NCBI GenBank assembly: GCA_965112735.1
Contig: OZ218952.1
Location: 1,364,001-1,428,000, forward strand
Origin: Phaeosaccion multiseriatum
Taxonomy: Eukaryota; Protista; Ochrophyta, other classes
Reading direction: 5' to 3'
DNA length: 64,000 nt
The notes below the pieces were generated by a model. It saw only the letters and a program-made list of their open reading frames with translations, searched no databases and had not been told where the DNA came from. Positions within the stretch are counted from its first letter, which is position 1. Each line of letters starts with the position of its first letter. Shown piece by piece: positions 40,501 through 51,070 of the stretch. The position numbers and the translations under genes were made by a program.

Positions 40501-43500
40501 TATGTGTGTACGTGTGTGTCTATGTGTGTACGTGTGTGTCTATGTGTGTACGTGTGTGTCTATGTGTGTACGTATGTGTCTATGTGTGTACGTGTGTGTC
40601 TATGTGTGTACGTGTGTGTCTATGTACTTGTGTGTCTATGTGTGTACGTATGTGTCTATGTGTGTACGTGTGTGTCTATGTGTGTACGTGTGTGTCTATG
40701 TGTGTACGTGTGTGTCTATGTGTGTACGTGTGTGTCTATGTGTGTACGTGTGTGTCTATGTGTGTACGTGTGTGTCTATGTGTGTACGTGTGTGTCTATG
40801 TGTGTACGTGTGTGTCTATGTGTGTACGTGTGTGTCTATGTGTGTACGTGTGTGTCTATGTGTGTACGTGTGTGTCTATGTGTGTACGTGTGTGTCTATG
40901 TGTGTACTTGTGTGTCTATGTGTGTACGTGTGTGTCTATGTGTGTACGTGTGTGTCTATGTGTGTACGTGTGTGTCTATGTGTGTACGTATGTGTCTATG
41001 TGTGTGTGTGTCTATGTGTGTACGTGTGTGTATATGTGTGTACGTGTGTGTCTATGTGTGTACGTGTGTGTCTATGTGTGTACGTGTGTGTCTATGTGTG
41101 TACGTATGTGTCTATGTGTGTACGTGTGTGTCTATGTGTGTACGTGTGTGTCTATGTGTGTACGTGTGTGTCTATGTGTGTACGTATGTGTCTATGTGTG
41201 TACGTGTGTGTTTATGTGTGTACGTGTGTGTCTATGTGTGTACGTGTGTGTCTATGTGTGTACGTATGTGTCTATGTGTGTACGTGTGTGTCTATGTGTG
41301 TACTTGTGTGTCTATGTGTGTACGTGTGTGTCTATGTGTGTACGTGTGTGTCTATGTGTGTACGTGTGTGTCTATGTGTGTACGTATGTGTCTATGTGTG
41401 TACGTATGTGTCTATGTGTGTACGTGTGTGTCTATGTGTGTACGTGTGTGTCTATGTGTGTACGTGTGTGTCTATGTGTGTACGTGTGTGTCTATGTGTG
41501 TACGTGTGTGTCTATGTGTGTACGTGTGTGTCTATGTGTGTACGTATGTGTCTATGTGTGTACGTGTGTGTCTATGTGTGTACGTGTGTGTCTATGTGTG
41601 TACGTGTGTGTCTATGTGTGTACGTGTGTGTCTATGTGTGTACGTGTGTGTCTATGTGTGTACGTATGTGTCTATGTGTGTACGTGTGTGTCTATGTGTG
41701 TACGTGTGTGTCTATGTGTGTACGTGTGTGTCTATGTGTGTACGTATGTGTCTATGTGTGTACGTGTGTGTCTATGTGTGTACTTGTGTGTCTATGTGTG
41801 TACGTGTGTGTCTATGTGTGTACGTGTGTGTCTATGTGTGTACGTGTGTGTCTATGTGTGTACGTATGTGTCTATGTGTGTACGTGTGTGTCTATGTGTG
41901 TACTTGTGTGTCTATGTGTGTACGTGTGTGTCTATGTGTGTACGTATGTGTCTATGTGTGTACTTGTGTGTCTATGTGTGTACGTATGTGTCTATGTGTG
42001 TACGTGTGTGTCTATGTGTGTACGTGTGTGTCTATGTGTGTACGTGTGTGTCTATGTGTGTACGTGTGTGTCTATGTGTGTACGTGTGTGTCTATGTGTG
42101 TACGTGTGTGTCTATGTGTGTACGTGTGTGTCTATGTGTGTACGTATGTGTCTATGTGTGTGTGTACGTGTGTGTCTATGTGTGTACGTGTGTGTCTATG
42201 TACTTGTGTGTCTATGTGTGTACGTATGTGTCTATGTGTGTACGTGTGTGTCTATGTGTGTACGTGTGTGTCTATGTGTGTACGTGTGTGTCTATGTGTG
42301 TACGTATGTGTCTATGTGTGTACGTGTGTGTCTATGTGTGTACGTGTGTGTCTATGTGTGTACGTGTGTGTCTATGTGTGTACGTGTGTGTCTATGTGTG
42401 TACTTGTGTGTCTATGTGTGTACGTGTGTGTCTATGTGTGTACGTGTGTGTCTATGTGTGTACGTGTGTGTCTATGTGTGTACGTGTGTGTCTATGTGTG
42501 TACGTGTGTGTCTATGTGTGTACGTGTGTGTCTATGTGTGTACGTATGTGTCTATGTGTGTACGTGTGTGTCTATGTGTGTACGTGTGTGTCTATGTACT
42601 TGTGTGTCTATGTGTGTACGTATGTGTCTATGTGTGTACGTGTGTGTCTATGTGTGTACGTGTGTGTCTATGTGTGTACGTGTGTGTCTATGTGTGTACG
42701 TGTGTGTCTATGTGTGTACGTGTGTGTCTATGTGTGTACGTGTGTGTCTATGTGTGTACGTGTGTGTCTATGTGTGTACGTGTGTGTCTATGTGTGTACG
42801 TGTGTGTCTATGTGTGTACGTGTGTGTCTATGTGTGTACGTGTGTGTCTATGTGTGTACGTGTGTGTCTATGTGTGTACTTGTGTGTCTATGTGTGTACG
42901 TGTGTGTCTATGTGTGTACGTGTGTGTCTATGTGTGTACGTGTGTGTCTATGTGTGTACGTATGTGTCTATGTGTGTGTGTGTCTATGTGTGTACGTGTG
43001 TGTATATGTGTGTACGTGTGTGTCTATGTGTGTACGTGTGTGTCTATGTGTGTACGTGTGTGTCTATGTGTGTACGTATGTGTCTATGTGTGTACGTGTG
43101 TGTCTATGTGTGTACGTGTGTGTCTATGTGTGTACGTGTGTGTCTATGTGTGTACGTATGTGTCTATGTGTGTACGTGTGTGTTTATGTGTGTACGTGTG
43201 TGTCTATGTGTGTACGTGTGTGTCTATGTGTGTACGTATGTGTCTATGTGTGTACGTGTGTGTCTATGTGTGTACGTGTGTGTCTATGTGTGTACGTGTG
43301 TGTCTATGTGTGTACGTGTGTGTCTATGTGTGTACGTGTGTGTCTATGTGTGTACGTGTGTGTCTATGTGTGTACGTATGTGTCTATGTGTGTACGTGTG
43401 TGTCTATGTGTGTACGTGTGTGTCTATGTGTGTACGTGTGTGTCTATGTGTGTACGTATGTGTCTATGTGTGTACGTGTGTGTCTATGTGTGTACTTGTG

Positions 43501-46500
43501 TGTCTATGTGTGTACGTGTGTGTCTATGTGTGTACGTGTGTGTCTATGTGTGTACGTGTGTGTCTATGTGTGTACGTGTGTGTCTATGTGTGTACGTGTG
43601 TGTCTATGTGTGTACGTGTGTGTCTATGTGTGTACGTATGTGTCTATGTGTGTACGTGTGTGTCTATGTGTGTACGTGTGTGTCTATGTACTTGTGTGTC
43701 TATGTGTGTACGTATGTGTCTATGTGTGTACGTGTGTGTCTATGTGTGTACGTGTGTGTCTATGTGTGTACGTGTGTGTCTATGTGTGTACGTGTGTGTC
43801 TATGTGTGTACGTGTGTGTCTATGTGTGTACGTGTGTGTCTATGTGTGTACGTGTGTGTCTATGTGTGTACGTGTGTGTCTATGTGTGTACGTGTGTGTC
43901 TATGTGTGTACGTGTGTGTCTATGTGTGTACGTGTGTGTCTATGTGTGTACGTGTGTGTCTATGTGTGTACTTGTGTGTCTATGTGTGTACGTGTGTGTC
44001 TATGTGTGTACGTGTGTGTCTATGTGTGTACGTGTGTGTCTATGTGTGTACGTATGTGTCTATGTGTGTGTGTGTCTATGTGTGTACGTGTGTGTATATG
44101 TGTGTACGTGTGTGTCTATGTGTGTACGTGTGTGTCTATGTGTGTACGTGTGTGTCTATGTGTGTACGTATGTGTCTATGTGTGTACGTGTGTGTCTATG
44201 TGTGTACGTGTGTGTCTATGTGTGTACGTGTGTGTCTATGTGTGTACGTATGTGTCTATGTGTGTACGTGTGTGTTTATGTGTGTACGTGTGTGTCTATG
44301 TGTGTACGTGTGTGTCTATGTGTGTACGTATGTGTCTATGTGTGTACGTGTGTGTCTATGTGTGTACTTGTGTGTCTATGTGTGTACGTGTGTGTCTATG
44401 TGTGTACGTGTGTGTCTATGTGTGTACGTGTGTGTCTATGTGTGTACGTATGTGTCTATGTGTGTACGTATGTGTCTATGTGTGTACGTGTGTGTCTATG
44501 TGTGTACGTGTGTGTCTATGTGTGTACGTGTGTGTCTATGTGTGTACGTGTGTGTCTATGTGTGTACGTGTGTGTCTATGTGTGTACGTGTGTGTCTATG
44601 TGTGTACGTATGTGTCTATGTGTGTACGTGTGTGTCTATGTGTGTACGTGTGTGTCTATGTGTGTACGTGTGTGTCTATGTGTGTACGTGTGTGTCTATG
44701 TGTGTACGTGTGTGTCTATGTGTGTACGTATGTGTCTATGTGTGTACGTGTGTGTCTATGTGTGTACGTGTGTGTCTATGTGTGTACGTGTGTGTCTATG
44801 TGTGTACGTATGTGTCTATGTGTGTACGTGTGTGTCTATGTGTGTACTTGTGTGTCTATGTGTGTACGTGTGTGTCTATGTGTGTACGTGTGTGTCTATG
44901 TGTGTACGTGTGTGTCTATGTGTGTACGTATGTGTCTATGTGTGTACGTGTGTGTCTATGTGTGTACTTGTGTGTCTATGTGTGTACGTGTGTGTCTATG
45001 TGTGTACGTATGTGTCTATGTGTGTACTTGTGTGTCTATGTGTGTACGTATGTGTCTATGTGTGTACGTGTGTGTCTATGTGTGTACGTGTGTGTCTATG
45101 TGTGTACGTGTGTGTCTATGTGTGTACGTGTGTGTCTATGTGTGTACGTGTGTGTCTATGTGTGTACGTGTGTGTCTATGTGTGTACGTGTGTGTCTATG
45201 TGTGTACGTATGTGTCTATGTGTGTACGTGTGTGTCTATGTGTGTACGTGTGTGTCTATGTACTTGTGTGTCTATGTGTGTACGTATGTGTCTATGTGTG
45301 TACGTGTGTGTCTATGTGTGTACGTGTGTGTCTATGTGTGTACGTGTGTGTCTATGTGTGTACGTATGTGTCTATGTGTGTACGTGTGTGTCTATGTGTG
45401 TACGTGTGTGTCTATGTGTGTACGTGTGTGTCTATGTGTGTACGTGTGTGTCTATGTGTGTACGTGTGTGTCTATGTGTGTACGTGTGTGTCTATGTGTG
45501 TACGTGTGTGTCTATGTGTGTACGTGTGTGTCTATGTGTGTACTTGTGTGTCTATGTGTGTACGTGTGTGTCTATGTGTGTACGTGTGTGTCTATGTGTG
45601 TACGTGTGTGTCTATGTGTGTACGTATGTGTCTATGTGTGTGTGTGTCTATGTGTGTACGTGTGTGTATATGTGTGTACGTGTGTGTCTATGTGTGTACG
45701 TGTGTGTCTATGTGTGTACGTGTGTGTCTATGTGTGTACGTATGTGTCTATGTGTGTACGTGTGTGTCTATGTGTGTACGTGTGTGTCTATGTGTGTACG
45801 TGTGTGTCTATGTGTGTACGTATGTGTCTATGTGTGTACGTGTGTGTTTATGTGTGTACGTGTGTGTCTATGTGTGTACGTGTGTGTCTATGTGTGTACG
45901 TATGTGTCTATGTGTGTACGTATGTGTCTATGTGTGTACGTGTGTGTCTATGTGTGTACGTGTGTGTCTATGTGTGTACGTGTGTGTCTATGTGTGTACG
46001 TGTGTGTCTATGTGTGTACGTATGTGTCTATGTGTGTACGTGTGTGTCTATGTGTGTACGTATGTGTCTATGTGTGTACGTGTGTGTCTATGTGTGTACG
46101 TGTGTGTCTATGTGTGTACGTGTGTGTCTATGTGTGTACGTATGTGTCTATGTGTGTACGTGTGTGTCTATGTGTGTACTTGTGTGTCTATGTGTGTACG
46201 TATGTGTCTATGTGTGTACGTATGTGTCTATGTGTGTACGTGTGTGTCTATGTGTGTACGTGTGTGTCTATGTGTGTACGTATGTGTCTATGTGTGTACT
46301 TGTGTGTCTATGTGTGTACGTATGTGTCTATGTGTGTACGTGTGTGTCTATGTGTGTACGTGTGTGTCTATGTGTGTACGTGTGTGTCTATGTGTGTACG
46401 TGTGTGTCTATGTGTGTACGTGTGTGTCTATGTGTGTACGTGTGTGTGTGTGCTATGCTCTCTCTGCTCTGCTCTCTCACTTAGTTGGGACGTCCGTACT

Positions 46501-47677
46501 TGCTTGCTTCCTCAACGATTCTGACGCCTTGCTCTGCGTGTGGTGGTGTGCCCTTCCGTCTCCGCTCCCCTCCCCTTCCCTTCCCTCCCGCCAGGCGTGG
46601 GCGTGATCCACAACCCCCACGCCCTGCCTATGTTCGCGACGGAGCACCAAACGCAGAAGAGGAAGGCAGAGAACGACCGGAAGGACCCGAAGCGCTCCAA
46701 GGTGCGAACTCGCTTCTCTCTCTCTCTCTACCAATCTCTCTGGTTCTGTATGTGCATCTCCCTCTGCTCTCTCCTTTCCTACCTCTCTCCAGATACATCT
46801 GGCTCTCTCTCTCTTAAGCATCTCTTTCTCTCCGCTTTCTCCCTCTCTCTTGTCTCGTCTCTCCTCTCTCACACTCTCTGTGTCGCCCTCTCCTCTCCCT
46901 CCCTCTCTCGCTCTCTCTCCTTCTCTCCCTCTCCCTCTCCCTCTCTGTACCCCCCCCCCACCCCCCACCCACACATGCCGTCTACTCCTACTCCCACTCC
47001 TCTTCAGCTGCCCGATCCTCCCGTGCCCGGCCGCGGCCTCCAGGGGCGCGTAAGCACGAGCAACAACTTCACTCAGTACGTCATGAAGAACAAGCTTGTA
47101 GGGCAGGCGAACTTCAAGGAGGAGGACCCTCGAGCGGCGCTGCTGGCCTATGCAGAGAAGACGGAGAAGGACCCGTTGTACTTTGGGAAGTAAGTCGTTT
47201 CACGCACGCGTCATGCACGAGGGGGGGGGGAGGGGCGAGGAAGACGAGGAAGAGGAACAGGAAGAGCAGGAGGAGGATGAAGAGGTGGCGGTGGAGGGAG
47301 GAGGATGAAGAGATGACTCGCTTCTCGCTTGCCGTTGTGTCTTGATTTTCGATTGCTAGCACATGCTTGCTCTTGAAGCCCTGGTCTTGCTTCGTGCCTC
47401 TCACCTCCTCGAGACTTGAGCAGTTCCGTCAATGCGCGCGTGGTGTTCTTTGTGTACGCGCGATGTGCACCGTCTGCTAAGTAACCGTCGCGTCTCAGTC
47501 TCTCTCTCTCTTTTGCTCCTTGCACGTTTGTATTTGTTCTGTGGTGTCATGTGGTGGTGTTCTGTCCCCCTCAGAGCCTACGGCATCACACACAAGGACA
47601 CCAAGCTTGCCAGCAAAACGCTTGAGGAGGAGGAGAAGGACTTCGAGGACGAGCAGCGGAAGCTCCTCGACACCTAA
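34574..47677 (+). CDS. WDR70: WD-repeat protein 70 (gad-1)-like with N-terminal FHA domain
   Basis: 10 exons: 34574-34926, 35156-35955, 36188-36441, 36791-36952, 37118-37405, 37630-37794, 38060-38255, 46595-46701, 47008-47189, 47575-47677. FHA: MGRN, SISRRH, DLGSANGTFVDG. WDR70 hallmarks: IPVSHEVVL.GH.KSV, FDFGGMD...RAFR, RGDPYLKDMTKTKGH, DDTVKLWDLRKF, WHPKINQI, NPHALPMF, EEDPRAALL.YA. Confidence 0.88.
38256..46450. repeat. About 8.2 kb minisatellite, ~410 x 20-bp unit TGTGTCTATGTGTGTACGTG, filling WDR70 intron 7
   Basis: Begins at donor GTGCGT 38256; acceptor at 46593-46594; variant units recur in a higher-order pattern. Confidence 0.97.
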
Positions 47678-47912
47678 GAGGACGAGGAGAGGACGAGGAG
47701 AGGAGGAGGAGACGAGGAGGAGGAGGAGGAGGAGGAGGAGGAGGAGGAGGAGGAGGAGGAGGAGGAGGAGAGAGGAGGAGGAGAGGAGGAGGAGGAGAGA
47801 GGAGGAGGAGAGGAGGAGGAGGAGAGGAGGAGGAGGAGAAGGAGGAGGAGGAGGAGACGAGGAGGAGGAGGAGACGAGGAGGAGGAGGAGAAGGAGGAGG
47901 AGACGAGGAGGG
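47678..47912. repeat. (GAG)n purine tract in WDR70 3' UTR
   Basis: Imperfect GAG/GAC repeat directly after the stop codon. Confidence 0.9.
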
Positions 47913-48637
47913 GCTATTGAGGGGACGAGCGGCGGAATCTCTTGGACACCTAGACTTAGGGGGGTGGACGAAGACCAGGAGAGAGAGAGAGGGAGGGAGA
48001 GAGGGAGGGGGGGAGAGGAGTTCGCTCACTCGCCACGCGCGTACGCTCGCACCACACACACACACACACGAGGTGTTGGGGCGTTTTGTACTTGTGTAAG
48101 GCAGCGGCAGATTCGTGGCGCAAACCGACGACTTCTCCAATCTCATGTATACATACACTGAAACGTTCCTTTCTGATCGTTCCTCACTGACTTGTGGGGT
48201 TCTTCTCGGGCCATGATGGTTTGGCTGTTCGCCCCAATCGAGACCAGCCTTTGACCTTTCTCTGTCTTGAGGAGGGAGGGTGCCAGAGAGAGGGGAGGAA
48301 GGTGCCTATCTTTTTACAGAGGAACCAAGCCAGATGCACAGTGTGTGAGGGGCCTTACTCTACGCACAGACCCACGCGGCGCAAGAGCGACGGAAAGCAA
48401 ACACTAAAGGCACAGAGTTGCTTGTGTGGAAATTTCAGTTCAGTATATTAAAAATCGGCCAAGGCCAAGGCCCAGGTCAAACGTATCAGTCTCAAAATTC
48501 AGCAGTGACGCTGGCTATACACGATGCTGCTATTGCTTCCCTCTGGCTCGCGCCCAAGGGCGCTGCTTCGAAAGACTCGATCTCCTCGCTTTGTCTCCTA
48601 TGATGTCGAGAAGCTTGTTGGACAGGTGGACACATGC

Positions 48638-49411
48638 TTATGCGCAGTCCGCGGAGTAGCCGGTGAGGCCCGACGACGGGCAGAAGACGATGCTCTCGGG
48701 GGTGAAGTCGGGGTAGGCAACCATGCCTGCCGCGGCGCCCTCGCACGTCATCCAGCAGCCTCGGCACACCTGGCCCATGCCGAGGTAGTTGCACAGCAGA
48801 CCTGTCTCTCCCGACAGGCAGCTCTCGTCGTAGAAGACGCTCTTGTCGAAGCCCTCGAGCAGCATAAGGGCAGTGTCGGCGTCCAGCGAGCACTCGGTGC
48901 TGTCAGCGTCCCCGGCCGGCTCCTCCCCTGACATGATGAGGTCGCACGACTGCCACTCGCCCTTACCGCAGAATCTGCAGTCGATGCCCGCGCCGTGGGC
49001 GTTGCATCCGAGTCCACCGTACTCGGAGCACGTGGTGTCGGTGTAGCAAGGCGCCTGGAAAGGGATGAAGCAAAGGAAGAGGAGAGCAGAGAGAGAGTGA
49101 GAGGAGGGTTTGCGAGGATATCTTGCGAGTAAAGAACATGAACGAATGTGTCACTGCTCCAGCAGCAGAGAGGAAAGAATAAAGAGCCTGGCCAAGTGCA
49201 GCGATGCGATAAAGGAGGAAGGACAATCACTCACCTCCTCGGAGCACTGGTCGGAGCAGTAGTTGCCGATGACGATGGGGTTCACGGAGCTGGGAGAAGG
49301 TGCCAAGCTGCCGAGGGGGGCCATGGAGGGCGCCGCAGTTTCAAACTGCGCAGACACCGCACCGGCGGAGAGCATCGCAGTGGCGAGGGCGAGGAAGGAC
49401 ATAGGAGCCAT
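48638..49411 (-). CDS. Secreted cysteine-rich protein, copy B (diverged paralog)
   Basis: Exons 49411-49235 and 49054-48638. Same intron position and Cys pattern as copies A/C. Signal peptide MAPMSFLALATAMLSAGAVSA. Confidence 0.85.
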
Positions 49412-50149
49412 GTTGTTGTTGTGTGTGGGGGTGGGAGGAGACAGAGTAAAGAACAATGGAAGACTGGAAAGTGGTTTGTGGGAAGTGTACAAGTGGGTTG
49501 GGAGAGGATTGAGAGGAGAAAATTTCCCCGCCTGACAGGTCAAAAATCTCAAATCGATAAGGGGCCCGTTTTCGTTGACTTGAGAGGAGGGTGATTTCGC
49601 TGTTCCGTGCGAGAGGGGCGGGAAGGTCTTCTTACGTGGCTGCTCTCAACTTGCTTGCTGGTGAGGGAGCGAGAGGAGCTCTTTAGCACGGAGGGAAAGT
49701 CTTCTTGCGTGCCTGCTCTCAACTTGCTTGCTGGTGAGGCAGCGAGAGGAGCTCTTCAGGATGGAGGGGTTTTCCAAATGGAGGTGCGATATGTTCAGGG
49801 GGGCATCACCATCCTTTGTCGCTCTCCCAGCCAACAAGCACACATTTCCCGAGGCCCAGCCTGAGTTAAGAGCCTCCAGCGAGGCTGCGAGCTGTGTTTT
49901 TGCTGCTCTTATTTACCCCCCCATACTCATCCCAGCTTGTCCCTCCTTTGCCCGATCTTCAGCTAGCCGGCGCAGAATTGGTGGGGGGGGGGGGGTTGGC
50001 CGGAGCAAGAGGTCGAGGCGAATGCGAGGAAACTTGTCTCGAGGAAGGAGAGAGCACAGAGAGCCTGAAGAAGAAGCGCAGCCGATACATGAATCACCGA
50101 GAGCGAGCATATCGAGATGAACTTGGCCACTGAGCTTGCTCCACCAGCA

Positions 50150-51070
50150 GCCCATGTCGTTGACATTTCCCATCGTGGCAGGGGCGCATGTGTCGGTAAA
50201 GGGAGGAATACCGGAGTCATTCCGCTGTGTATCGCCTCTCAGTGAGAGCAAACTCAAGAGATAAGGCAGCTCAGCTCCGGAGGCGCACGTATCGGGAGGA
50301 AGTCTCTGCGACTTCGCTCCCCCCGTTCATTGCGTGTCAGAATGGGCACACATCTCAGCAGGCACATGACCCGAAGTGGTGGGCCAGCAGGATCCACCCA
50401 GGTCTTTATGGCGTCTTGGAATGGCAAAACCAGGTGGTGGAGACGCTCTTTACAGCGAAACAGGGCAGTGGTGGTCCGTCTTCTCGCTGCAGGCTCACCA
50501 TGTGATGCCCTGGACACGCACGGCAAGACCCTGCGACTCGACGCCGCCATCGGTGGCATCGTGGGACCGCTGTGCCGCTCATCTCGGCCGGGCCTCGGTG
50601 CACATTGCTCTGGGCTTTCTACAGCAGAATCGCTTAGGTCCCTCCGATGTTGAGTTTGCCGTAGAGTCCTCCTCCCCGCAGCAGCGAGAGTTGGCATCGC
50701 AGACTCTTCTGCTGGAGGGATGTTGGAGCCTCTTTTCGTAGCAAATGGATGTAGTGCCGCAGGAGAGGGGTGTATACCCCGAGATTTGTGCCCGAGGTGG
50801 CTTCGGGAATGGCTGAACAACCAGTAGTCATCGCTTTGCTGAGCAGAGGGGCTTCTTTCGAGCAGAGAGGGGCGCGGCGAGACTGGAGGACGTGTGCACG
50901 AGTTTCAGTCCACCGTCTCATCATGGGTTTCAACACATGCGAACAAGCCCAATTATCTTTCGGTGGGTTGGAGGGCTGTTGGTTGAGTCACATCGGCGAA
51001 CGAAGGGCACCAACGTGCTATGGTCTGCTGTAGTAACACTGCTTATCAAGGGAAGGCGCGCACCTAGTTC
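50150..51070 (+). pseudogene. Decayed ankyrin-repeat gene
   Basis: Frameshifted fragments PFIACQNGH, FMASWNG, AVVVRLLAAGSPCDALDTHGKTL..AAIGG (compare intact gene AVVARLLDAGCPCDVLATSGSTPLLAAIMGG), YTPRFV..ASGM...VVIALLSRGA, SANEGH and AVVTLLIKG. Boundaries approximate. Confidence 0.7.

Noticed and set aside
38256-46450. CRISPR array or telomeric repeat
   Set aside because: No spacers, no cas genes, eukaryotic intron context, and no G-run telomere-like unit.
37757-46606. Three giant overlapping Cys/Val ORFs (2742-2949 aa)
   Set aside because: Artefact of a stop-free 20-bp unit cycling through all three frames. The array lies between a clean donor and acceptor that join conserved WDR70 sequence in frame.
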